Position numbers and translations under genes: made by a program
Shown: positions 24,428 through 33,490 of the stretch, one piece after another
Position numbering within the stretch: the stretch's first letter is position 1
Layout: every line of letters starts with the position of its first letter
Notes under the pieces: model-generated
What the model saw: the letters and a program-made list of their open reading frames with translations, nothing else
Databases searched by the model: none
What the model was told of the DNA's origin: nothing
Source: a virus
Lineage: Duplodnaviria; Caudoviricetes
Length of the DNA: 38,072 nucleotides
Virus record (IMG/VR): IMGVR_UViG_3300030108_003891
Span: 1-38,072 of that record
Direction: 5' to 3' (one strand)

Positions 24428-24871
24428 ATGGCAATTCACAAGATCGATGGTGTCGACGGAGACAACCATTTTCCTAAAAAGCTAGTTACCTTGCACGCAT
24501 CTGGCGCCTGCACGGCTGGAAGCTTCGTAGCAATCACAACTGATACGACTAATGGTCTCGGTGCCTCGGTAGCAGATGCTGCTGTTGGTGCTGCGTCCAC
24601 TGAGTCCAATGGTCGCACGTTTGGTGTTGCAACCGAAACGGTTGCCGCTGGTGAACTCGTTACGGTTCAAACAGCCGGTAAGTATGAAAATGCCAACGTT
24701 GCAAGCAGTACTGCTGCCGGTGACTCGCTCACTGGCCCATTGGGTGGTGCGACCGCAGGAAGGGCAGATCGTCTCGCAGAGACAACATTCGGCGCAGTTG
24801 TTGCTGTGGCCCTTGAAGCCGAGTCTAGTAACTTGGCAGATGTTATGATTGTTGATCAAGGCTTCTTCTAG
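24428..24871 (+). CDS. Capsid cement/decoration protein
   Basis: GGAGG RBS; Ala/Gly/Thr-rich; FGVATETVAAGELVTVQTAG; follows the major capsid gene. Confidence 0.75.
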   Translation: MAIHKIDGVDGDNHFPKKLVTLHASGACTAGSFVAITTDTTNGLGASVADAAVGAASTESNGRTFGVATETVAAGELVTVQTAGKYENANVASSTAAGDSLTGPLGGATAGRADRLAETTFGAVVAVALEAESSNLADVMIVDQGFF

Positions 24872-24903
24872 GCCATATTCGCTACCGGACCTCGGTCCAT
24901 TCT

Positions 24904-24944
24904 CGGCTGCTGGGGTATACTTCTCCAGCAGCCGTTTTCTTTTT
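24904..24944 (+). terminator. Intrinsic terminator
   Basis: CGGCTGCTGGGG-TATACTT-CTCCAGCAGCCG-TTTTCTTTTT. Confidence 0.9.
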
Positions 24945-24955
24945 CGGAGTCTGAC

Positions 24956-26416
24956 GTGAATCTCAAGGACATGATCACAGAAATCAACTCTGCGTTGGAC
25001 TACAACCCAGACTTGAAGCAGTACGATGACAACCTGATTCGTGTCATCAACCGTCACTACTTGCAGGTATCCAGCCAGTATCAGTGGCTGTTCATGCAGA
25101 AGAAGCACATCTTCACGCTGCGTAAAGACATCAAGGTCGAGGGTGTCGCACTCAATACCCTGACTACTGACGACTCAAGGGTCTGCTCTCTCAGCAGCAG
25201 TACGGGCGCTGGAGTCCTGAATCTTCCCAAGGACATCGTCGGGCAGATGTTGCTCCTAGATAATGTCGAGTACCTGATCACCCACCGTCGTGATGCTCGT
25301 ACATTTATCGTGGATCAGCCGATTGCCCCCGGCAGTCACAGAACGTGGACCATCAAGTACACCAGCTACCCGATGCCTAGAGATTCCATTGAGATGCTTG
25401 GAATCATGGACCGTGGGCTTACTCAGAAGGACACCATATCCTTTCAGACCGACTCCACGGTAAACGTTCTCACAGGACCCAACAGAGGCCGATTCGTCTT
25501 TCTCGATGCCCGCAAGGAGGAGTACCTCCAGTTGGATCGAGAAGACACTGGAGACTCGTTTGTCAGCGTGGAGGAGATGCACAACAACATCGCACCTCCC
25601 GACTTTGCGCCTACATTATCATTCATTACTTTTACCGATACAGGTGGAACGCTTCCATCAGCTATTCCTACGGCCACGTATGAGTACTGCTACACCTTCA
25701 CATACGCAGGAAAAGAGGGCCCGCCATCAACAGTTTCACAAATCGATATTCCAGATGATGCAACAAAGAGAAAGATTCTAGTAAATGACCTTCAAGACAC
25801 GCAGGCGAACTACTCCGATGCATCTCTGGATCGAGGAACTGGTCGGTACAAGAAGATCTATCGCCGCATCGTTGAGAAACCGAAACGGAAGATGAAATCT
25901 AGAGATTTGAAAGTCGGCATCGGCCCTTGGCGTCATATCGCCACAGTAAAAGAAAGTGCCTTGGAATATGAAGATGATTTTGATGAGTTGACATCAACTA
26001 CGGTCATGGAGGGTACAGCGTTTGATGCTAAGGTCAGTGAGTCGGGAGACCTGTTCGATAGCGCACACCTGAACGAAATCGGTCCTCGTCAATACCTTCG
26101 CTTCTGGTACACGCCCGACGCCGACTACCCGGTCGAGGCTCGATACCACCGTCGACCCCTTCGCTTGATCAACGATACAGATGCTCCACAGTGGCCTGTC
26201 CAGTACCACCACTACCTTGTGTACGCAGCACTCAAGGACATCTGCATGCAGCATGGCATGCTCAAGAATAGTCAACTGTATGATGGCCGAGCCACTGAGC
26301 TTCTAGAGCGCATGAAGGCCAAGTATTTGTCGCGTACAGATCGCATGCACATCCGTCGCGGATTTGACCGCGCCATGGCAGACCGAGAGCGGTTCGGGAT
26401 TCCAACTAAGTCATGA
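24956..26416 (+). CDS. Head-tail adaptor / tail tubular protein A-like with inserted beta domains
   Basis: N-terminal MNLKDMITEI..LIRVINR..QWLF and C-terminal PLRLINDTDAPQWPVQYHHYLVYAAL. Internal YEYCYTF..EGPPS and KIYRR. Confidence 0.75.
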   Translation: MNLKDMITEINSALDYNPDLKQYDDNLIRVINRHYLQVSSQYQWLFMQKKHIFTLRKDIKVEGVALNTLTTDDSRVCSLSSSTGAGVLNLPKDIVGQMLLLDNVEYLITHRRDARTFIVDQPIAPGSHRTWTIKYTSYPMPRDSIEMLGIMDRGLTQKDTISFQTDSTVNVLTGPNRGRFVFLDARKEEYLQLDREDTGDSFVSVEEMHNNIAPPDFAPTLSFITFTDTGGTLPSAIPTATYEYCYTFTYAGKEGPPSTVSQIDIPDDATKRKILVNDLQDTQANYSDASLDRGTGRYKKIYRRIVEKPKRKMKSRDLKVGIGPWRHIATVKESALEYEDDFDELTSTTVMEGTAFDAKVSESGDLFDSAHLNEIGPRQYLRFWYTPDADYPVEARYHRRPLRLINDTDAPQWPVQYHHYLVYAALKDICMQHGMLKNSQLYDGRATELLERMKAKYLSRTDRMHIRRGFDRAMADRERFGIPTKS

Positions 26417-28692
26417 ACACTAAACGTCTTGTAGTCGACCGTCTGCGTGGTATCGATCAGCGATATTACACGAAGCCCGAAGCCGCCGCGATCATCGAGG
26501 AGATGACGTGGGACTCCTACGATGGATGGAAGGCTGCGGGTGGCTTTGATCTTGTGACTCAAGATCTCTATGATTGGCTCAGTGATGTTCCTCCAATCCA
26601 GCATAAAAACTATAGAATCACGTCGATTCACGCCTTCTCAAAACGATCGCGATTTAACGAGATCATTTTTGAGACCAGTCAGGGTCAACTTTGCAGGCTG
26701 AAGATTGGTAATATCAAGGGTATGCCACTGCCCGTAAGTGCAGATCCATTCGAGTTTCTTAAAGACGAGCAGGGTCTAGAGTACAACGGGAAGTCTTTCA
26801 CTACAGATCCCACGACTGGTGCAATCACAAACGGCAGGAAGCGATACGTACCGAAAATCAACAGCATTGGTTCACAGTCCTGCTCCTTCGGTGGCCGACT
26901 GTTTATGGTCAATGGTGTCGATGAGCCGATTGTTTACGATGGGTACAAGGTATCTAGGGCTGGATTCTCAGAAAGACCGGCCCAGCCTAAGGGAAACGTT
27001 GTCGTTCGCGCGTTTCACAACGAGTACATTGCTAACGGAGGCGAAGAGACAGACTACTTCCTCGGTACTCGTATTCGTACTCACGGGCTCGGCAGCCTCA
27101 AACCTAAGGGGGCCAGGAATATCAACAGAAGTTTCATCGATGGGAAGCTCTGTAGTTACCAGTACAAAGTCTCTTTTGTGAACGAGCGCGGCCAAGAGAG
27201 TGAGCTTTCAGAAGCCAGTGAAATGATTACCTTCGAGTGTGCGGACGGTAAGCGGAGATTTGTTGTCTTGAACCTTCCGATTGGTGATCCTACTGTTGTC
27301 GCTCGACGACTGTATAGAACCCGTGACCTGTTTGATGACTTTGGAAACCCGCTGGGTCCAGAGACCGGCAGAAACTTCTTTTTCCTACGAGAGATTCAAG
27401 ACAACGAGACGACAATCTTCGAGGACGGCATTCCAGACTCGAATGTCGGCGCATTGACGGACGACGTTGACTTCGGCCCAATGCCAGTCCAGTCAAAGTT
27501 CATCGCATCATTTAAGAACCGCATCTTCCTCGCTGGATCGCCCGACAACGTCGTTAGATACAGCGCGAGCGGCATGCCTGAGGTTTTCCCTAAGCTGAAC
27601 ATTCTGGACGTAGGAGACAAGGACAGCGGCGAGATTACGGGCATGTATGCCTCGACGAACAACCTTGTCATCTTCAAGGAGTTCGGAATCTTCCTGGTCA
27701 ATCAGAGATCAGATGGGAGCTTCGAGTACAGGACGATCACGAAGGACGTAGGCTGCATCGCACCCAACTCGATCAGAGACGTTCCATTCACCGGCCTCGT
27801 TTTTCTCTCTCACAAAGGTGTCTTCGTCATGAAGGGCTTCCTTGAGGACTCGAACGAGGCTACACAGATCGTAAATCTCAGCACGCCAATCAAGGAGCAC
27901 GTTGAGCGGATTTGCTCCAGCCTTGCGTACGGCTCTGTGGGTTGCATCGATAGGAACAACAAAGAGTATTTGATTTGTGTTCCAACAATTGGTGAGAAGA
28001 ACAACCTTCTACTTGTCTGGCACTATGAGGTAGGAGCCTGGAGCATCAGGAAAAACTACCCAATGAGTTGTGCTGTTGAGCTTCGTACTGCCGATTCTGA
28101 GATTATATTTGGCAGCAATGACGCCTCTCAGCCAGGGATTTTTGTAATCAACAACTTTTACAGGTACAAGAATGAACTTGGCGCTGATGTTGAACTCGAC
28201 ATTAATTCTCGCAAAGATCGCGAGGAACTGCCAAAGGCAACTAAAGACTACCCGGTATATGAAATTGCACCCCTGAAGCTAAATGGTGCGTACTCTGGGG
28301 TCTATGTCGCCTACGTGAACTTGTACTGCGTTGCGTTTGGTGATGAGCCGATCAAGATGAACATCAAGATCAATCGTAATGAAAGTCTTGTACTAGAGGA
28401 AAACAAATCCAGAGCACAGCAGCACACTGATAATTCAGAGAAGCAAGACTTGTACAATGAGTCTAGGTTCAATAGTTCAACTTTTGGATATCATCGACCA
28501 GTAGTCATTCGATTCGATGTGTCTCACTTCCATAAAACACTTGCTACTGAGTTCTCATTCAGAGTGTTCCAGGATGACACTAACGAAGCGGCAAACAGGT
28601 TCATGATTGTCGGTTACTCAATAGATGCAAAGTTCGGAGAGCAGAACGACGTTCGCGCGCTCACCGATGTGCTTGCTCCAAATCAGAGGTAG
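26413..28692 (+). CDS. Tail nozzle / stabilisation protein (tubular protein B, P22 gp10-like)
   Basis: Beta-propeller-type motifs LFMVNGVD, FKNRIFLAG, LVIFKE, VGCIAPNSI, VFLSHKGVF. Confidence 0.8.
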   Translation: MNTKRLVVDRLRGIDQRYYTKPEAAAIIEEMTWDSYDGWKAAGGFDLVTQDLYDWLSDVPPIQHKNYRITSIHAFSKRSRFNEIIFETSQGQLCRLKIGNIKGMPLPVSADPFEFLKDEQGLEYNGKSFTTDPTTGAITNGRKRYVPKINSIGSQSCSFGGRLFMVNGVDEPIVYDGYKVSRAGFSERPAQPKGNVVVRAFHNEYIANGGEETDYFLGTRIRTHGLGSLKPKGARNINRSFIDGKLCSYQYKVSFVNERGQESELSEASEMITFECADGKRRFVVLNLPIGDPTVVARRLYRTRDLFDDFGNPLGPETGRNFFFLREIQDNETTIFEDGIPDSNVGALTDDVDFGPMPVQSKFIASFKNRIFLAGSPDNVVRYSASGMPEVFPKLNILDVGDKDSGEITGMYASTNNLVIFKEFGIFLVNQRSDGSFEYRTITKDVGCIAPNSIRDVPFTGLVFLSHKGVFVMKGFLEDSNEATQIVNLSTPIKEHVERICSSLAYGSVGCIDRNNKEYLICVPTIGEKNNLLLVWHYEVGAWSIRKNYPMSCAVELRTADSEIIFGSNDASQPGIFVINNFYRYKNELGADVELDINSRKDREELPKATKDYPVYEIAPLKLNGAYSGVYVAYVNLYCVAFGDEPIKMNIKINRNESLVLEENKSRAQQHTDNSEKQDLYNESRFNSSTFGYHRPVVIRFDVSHFHKTLATEFSFRVFQDDTNEAANRFMIVGYSIDAKFGEQNDVRALTDVLAPNQR

Positions 28693-28694
28693 AT

Positions 28695-29750
28695 GTGTCT
28701 CTCAAGTTTCCTACAACGAGGCCGGACGAGCGAGAAATTATTGAGCCGGATGATCTCAACAAAAACTTACGACAGTTTACTGATGAGTTGAACGGTAATC
28801 TTACTCATGAAAACTTGGCTCAAAATGTTCAATTTCCATCTCATTTTTTTGAGGATGAAACGTTTACTCAAACGTATCAAAGTTCATTCGCGGATGACAC
28901 TAACTGGGGCGATAGCAGAAGTGCGTTCCATTGTAGCAAGCAGCATGTAGGATACACTCGCGTTGATGAGAATGGCAACAAGCTGCCGAGCATCGAGTTC
29001 ATTGCTGAGCGTGACGGGTATATTATTGTTGATTTCATGTTCTCTATGACATGGAGAGGGACTGGAATCATTAGCTTTGAACAGACCGAGCAGTTGGTGG
29101 TCTACAGAAATGGAAGGGGAGTCATTAGAGAAGCGTATATTGCGTGCGCTTATCCTGAAGAAGTTGGTGAGGGCACACTTGCACCTGGGGGTTGGACTGG
29201 GATCGGAGGCACAAGCACTGGATACGGTGGAGATCCAATAGTCGGGTACATCAGTAGGACAGGAGATTACCCGAGCACGGATTTACGCGGCGTAGACTTC
29301 CCTCAAGGTAAATGGTGGGCGATTCCATTTGATCGCTTTGCTGCGAGGGCGCGTGTTGTTTGTAACGGTGTCGAGGTATGTGAATCTGGATGGTTGTTCA
29401 ATGGAACAGACCGTAACAGTGCATATCTCACTGGTGTCATACCCGTCCGATCTGGACGCAATGAAATTAAAGCAGAAATATCCGCCGCCATGCTACAGAG
29501 CATATATGGAGCAAATACGGGAGTGAGGGCAAAAACGGGTGTATCTGGAGAGCAGTCGACTGGCAGGTTTTTCCCTAATTCATTCTACTCATCGAGAAAT
29601 GTCGCACATCCATTGCCCAAAACTAGACGAATGACCATTACTCAAAAAGATGCCGATAATGGCGATAAGCGAGGGACTGTTGCAATTCAAACAGGAATGG
29701 ATTGTTTAGTTCATGCAGCGAATATGATCGTGCAGTTTAGGAAGGCATAA
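28695..29750 (+). CDS. Putative tail appendage protein 1
   Basis: GTG after GAGG; N-terminal anchor motif shared with the next two genes. Confidence 0.65.
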   Translation: MSLKFPTTRPDEREIIEPDDLNKNLRQFTDELNGNLTHENLAQNVQFPSHFFEDETFTQTYQSSFADDTNWGDSRSAFHCSKQHVGYTRVDENGNKLPSIEFIAERDGYIIVDFMFSMTWRGTGIISFEQTEQLVVYRNGRGVIREAYIACAYPEEVGEGTLAPGGWTGIGGTSTGYGGDPIVGYISRTGDYPSTDLRGVDFPQGKWWAIPFDRFAARARVVCNGVEVCESGWLFNGTDRNSAYLTGVIPVRSGRNEIKAEISAAMLQSIYGANTGVRAKTGVSGEQSTGRFFPNSFYSSRNVAHPLPKTRRMTITQKDADNGDKRGTVAIQTGMDCLVHAANMIVQFRKA

Positions 29751-30727
29751 TGGCCAGAATCAAAGTACCAGAGTTCAAGGTCGGTGAAGAAATTAGTGCG
29801 GAAAAATTCAATGAGGCGTTCGATCAGTTTTCGCGATCTAGTATGGTCCTCGATAGAGATAACTTCGCAGACGAGTCTCTTGGATTCGATCAGATTCCTG
29901 TTGATATATCTCTCACTGATCGTACAAAAATTATTATATCTTCCCATGAGTTTGAAACAAAGCAAATGAACCCTAACACCAGGACATCTCAAGATCCTTG
30001 GCGTTCACCATATTCTTCATACAGCGGTATAAGGCAATCCCGAGTCAATCACCCACAAAGTAATTTAATTACTCTTCAAAATTTAGAGGCAGGAGATAAA
30101 TTTATTATTCGTGCTAGCTGCGTAATTGAAACAACAGATGGTGGCTGGCGCACTTATATGTTCGGTGTTCCACCCATTCAAAAAATAGGATTAGTAAGGT
30201 TCGATAATCAAACCTCTTCAGACTTCAACTCAGTTAGTTCCACCACTAATCCGAACACATTTCCAATCAAAGAGACGCTGGCTCATTACCGAATAGTCTT
30301 TACTGGGAAAATGCCGAGTTCATCTGGATTGAATGAAGTCGTGAAAACTGAGTCTGATGGTGCCGACTCAGACGATCCATTGTCATATGATTCGACTGAT
30401 AACTATGGAGATGTATTACGTTATTTGGATACGAGACTAGATCCCGATAGTGACACGTATGGGACGCCATTGAATAATCCTTATATGCCATTCGATGGGT
30501 TTCACTCGTATACAACAGCGTTCTTGTACACACACAGTGCATCAAGTTCATCCACTCAAAGCTTCGGAGTCATGTGTAGCGAGATAGGCGGGAAGGTCGG
30601 ATACAAGCCCGATGGCGGTAGTATTCCGAATGAAATGACTGGTGGCAAATTTGGGAGTGAGAACCCTTACCACCTACCGTACACAATCCGAAACTTTCAT
30701 CTTTTCGCATATCAGGTCAAGAAGTAA
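29750..30727 (+). CDS. Putative tail appendage protein 2
   Basis: TAATG coupling; FKVGEEISAEKFNEAF..LDRDNF. Confidence 0.65.
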   Translation: MARIKVPEFKVGEEISAEKFNEAFDQFSRSSMVLDRDNFADESLGFDQIPVDISLTDRTKIIISSHEFETKQMNPNTRTSQDPWRSPYSSYSGIRQSRVNHPQSNLITLQNLEAGDKFIIRASCVIETTDGGWRTYMFGVPPIQKIGLVRFDNQTSSDFNSVSSTTNPNTFPIKETLAHYRIVFTGKMPSSSGLNEVVKTESDGADSDDPLSYDSTDNYGDVLRYLDTRLDPDSDTYGTPLNNPYMPFDGFHSYTTAFLYTHSASSSSTQSFGVMCSEIGGKVGYKPDGGSIPNEMTGGKFGSENPYHLPYTIRNFHLFAYQVKK

Positions 30728-31578
30728 TGCCAGTCGATCCATCAATCATAAGGAATGTAGAGCCCGGTGAAACGATCAGTGCATCGGACATCAGAAATCG
30801 TTTCAGTGAACTAGAGAGATTCGTAAATGGTGGTATTACTCAATCAGACTTTAACCCTGTAACTCAACGAGATATTTTTGATAACGCTCAAATTATAAAA
30901 CCAGAATTTTATTCAATAGGGAATAATAGAATTGAGGGGGTTATTGCTGACAATTATTATAGGAATACTAACTTTTCGTCCTATAATAGATTTATACGGC
31001 ATGAAACATCTGGATCATACAACACTGATGGAGGGTCTTTCTCCAGTACAGACCTAGATGCTCTGCCTGCTTCAGCATGGCAACCTATCGATGGTATGGC
31101 TGCAACTGTGAACGTCAAGGGTGATCAAAACGTCAGCGCATTTATCAATGGATCTTGCTATGCTAAAGCGGTAGGATCAGATGATAATTTTAAAATTAGC
31201 TTGCAAGTTATTTCTCTGAATGGAAATGGATTCGAGGGTGATGAATCTGACGATAATACCCGCACACAGCGGGCCGCATTCAACAGATGCATCAATAGCG
31301 GCATCATTATTGCTGCCTTTAAGCTGTATGTAGACACAATGGACGGATCAGGACCGCAACCTGTCAACTCTACGAAGCGAAGACTGTTCAATCGTGGTCA
31401 AAACTCCTATAGATTTAGGCATCAACAAATCTCGTTTGCTACACGAGTGACTCTTACTCCTGGCCCTAATAAGATTTCATATAGGTGTATTTATAGGCTC
31501 AAAGATCACGACTCTCGTGGGTTGAAACACGTCTTCATCGATAGTCGCAATTTCTTCGTTGATGTACATTACAAGTGA
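30727..31578 (+). CDS. Putative tail appendage protein 3
   Basis: TAATG coupling; PGETISASDIRNRF..VNGGITQSDF. Confidence 0.65.
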   Translation: MPVDPSIIRNVEPGETISASDIRNRFSELERFVNGGITQSDFNPVTQRDIFDNAQIIKPEFYSIGNNRIEGVIADNYYRNTNFSSYNRFIRHETSGSYNTDGGSFSSTDLDALPASAWQPIDGMAATVNVKGDQNVSAFINGSCYAKAVGSDDNFKISLQVISLNGNGFEGDESDDNTRTQRAAFNRCINSGIIIAAFKLYVDTMDGSGPQPVNSTKRRLFNRGQNSYRFRHQQISFATRVTLTPGPNKISYRCIYRLKDHDSRGLKHVFIDSRNFFVDVHYK

Positions 31579-31598
31579 TAAGGTGATAAAGAGGTATC

Positions 31599-32036
31599 AT
31601 GGCTGCTGAAGACACTGCATTGGCAACTGGTGGTGGCGCACTAAGTGGTGCTGCTACTGGTGCTGCTGTTGGCACCGCGCTAGGCGGCCCGGTCCTTGGT
31701 ACTGCCGCAGGTGCCGTTGTTGGCGGAGTTCTCGGATTCTTCGGCCAAAAGCAAGCCGACAGACAAGCTGAAGAAGCCGCTAGACTCGCGCGGCAACAAG
31801 CCCGACGACAGAAGAACCTGGCGGCCAAGCAGCGTAGTGTGGAGCGCAGAGCGGCAGCGCAAGAGCGAGAGTCCATTGCGCGTGCTGCTAAGACCTCAGG
31901 GACATTGCCTCCGCCATCTGTAGCTACAGGCACAGAGTTCGCTCTCGTTCAGAGCATGGCTTTGGGCACAGGCAGCCCGTTCGATTCATACATTATGAAG
32001 ACCTATGGTCGACCACAGGCCTCAGAAGGCGTGTAG
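31599..32036 (+). CDS. Putative ejection/pilot protein (glycine zipper + coiled coil)
   Basis: GALSGAATGAAVGTALGGPVLGTAAGAVVGGVLG followed by a Q/R/A helix. Confidence 0.7.
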   Translation: MAAEDTALATGGGALSGAATGAAVGTALGGPVLGTAAGAVVGGVLGFFGQKQADRQAEEAARLARQQARRQKNLAAKQRSVERRAAAQERESIARAAKTSGTLPPPSVATGTEFALVQSMALGTGSPFDSYIMKTYGRPQASEGV

Positions 32037-32044
32037 GAGTTGAG

Positions 32045-32950
32045 ATGACGAAGCAACTGACCGAAGAAGACATGCAGACTCTCGCTCTCAAGGAGAAGTA
32101 CTACGACGATATGTACACTCGTGGTGCTGTGACCGGAGCAGGCATCGATTTTGCTGGTAGCGTTATCGACTACCTGAGCAAGCTGTCAGGCGCGAACTTG
32201 GCTCAGGGTCTTGCTGAGAGTAGGCTAGGTCGAGCCAAGAGGCTCAGTGCTGCGGCTGGAAGTGGTGCTGCTGAGCGTCTCGCTGGTGCAGAGGCACGAA
32301 AGACTGCGGTTGCCCGTGATGCTGCGATGAAGGCTGCCACTCAAGCTGCTCAGGACCCCACAGGGGCTGCCGCAGTAACGATTGCTCAGCAAATGCCAGA
32401 TGTGATCGCCCGTGCTGCTGATACCAGTAAGGAAGAAACCCTGGAGATGGATCGCGCCTTGAAGCAGAAAGCGGCGGCTGAGCAAATGCGCTCGAAGGCC
32501 GAGGACGAAAAGCTTATGGCCAAGCAAGCCAAGGAACGTGCTCGATTCGGCCTTGTGAAGGGCGCGTTCGAGAGCGCAGGTCAACTGGCCGCGACACTGA
32601 AGCCGAAGAGCTACGAGGCTAAGCAAGCTGGTGTTGCAAAACGTCAGGCTAAGAAGGCTGCTAGGCTCGGTGCAGGACAGGCCGAAAACATTCGGGATCA
32701 GTTGAGGAGAGGAGAGATCAGCAAGGATGAGGCTTCAGCAGCGCTTGCGGAGGCTGATGAACTTTCTCAACAAAAGGGATTGTTCGGTAAGACTCGCGCA
32801 GAGCGAGCGAAGATTGCTAAGGAAAAAGCACTCACTGCTCAAGGCAACATCGATGCCGCTCGACAAGCAGAACTCAACAAGCTCAGACAGGCTCAAAGCC
32901 TACTGAAGTCGCCCTTCACATTGTCGATTGCACAAAACGATGAACAGTGA
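32045..32950 (+). CDS. Putative ejection protein (Ala-rich helical)
   Basis: AGGAG RBS; Ala/Lys/Gln-rich coiled-coil composition. Confidence 0.7.
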   Translation: MTKQLTEEDMQTLALKEKYYDDMYTRGAVTGAGIDFAGSVIDYLSKLSGANLAQGLAESRLGRAKRLSAAAGSGAAERLAGAEARKTAVARDAAMKAATQAAQDPTGAAAVTIAQQMPDVIARAADTSKEETLEMDRALKQKAAAEQMRSKAEDEKLMAKQAKERARFGLVKGAFESAGQLAATLKPKSYEAKQAGVAKRQAKKAARLGAGQAENIRDQLRRGEISKDEASAALAEADELSQQKGLFGKTRAERAKIAKEKALTAQGNIDAARQAELNKLRQAQSLLKSPFTLSIAQNDEQ

Positions 32951-33480
32951 TGCCTTGGGAGAACGGGGTCTACATATCGGGTCGCCAGCCTCTTGACGTA
33001 GCGCAGCCGGTCTCCACTGCGACCAATGTTCGCTCAGAGCCCATCTCTAACGACGATGTCGACAATGACTTCTTCGACGAGGGCATCCTCAACACCAAGT
33101 TCGCTACAGGGTCCTTCACGGCCACTGTAATCAAGCGTCTGCTGCCTTCTGCCGTCATCTCGGCAGCGAATGGACTGAGGTCGCTGTTCTCACCCGGCTT
33201 CGTCAACACGGAACTCATAGAGGACGGTGCCGTTACAGGCGCAAAGATCACCAACCCCATCAAGGTTGCCCTGATCAATGGCGGCTCCGCAGGTGTACAC
33301 ACAGTCACTGGAGTCAAGATCGGTGACGAGCTTATCTCAGTGCTTGAGCAAAACGGCACATCTGGATTGCTGACTGACCTTACAACTGAGTTTTCAATTG
33401 TTAAAGTAGATACGATTTCAAACAGCGGTGGCACTGATACAAGTAGCGACAAGCTGTTAGTATTGTATCTAAGCAAATAA
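32950..33480 (+). CDS. Putative structural protein
   Basis: TGATG coupling; IEDGAVTGAKI fibre-like repeat unit; beta-rich C-terminus. Confidence 0.7.
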   Translation: MPWENGVYISGRQPLDVAQPVSTATNVRSEPISNDDVDNDFFDEGILNTKFATGSFTATVIKRLLPSAVISAANGLRSLFSPGFVNTELIEDGAVTGAKITNPIKVALINGGSAGVHTVTGVKIGDELISVLEQNGTSGLLTDLTTEFSIVKVDTISNSGGTDTSSDKLLVLYLSK

Positions 33481-33490
33481 CGAGGTCCTC

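Noticed and set aside
24349-24430. Stop read-through or frameshift fusing capsid to cement protein
   Set aside because: An in-frame TGA follows ten codons later, there is no slippery site, and the cement gene has its own strong RBS.
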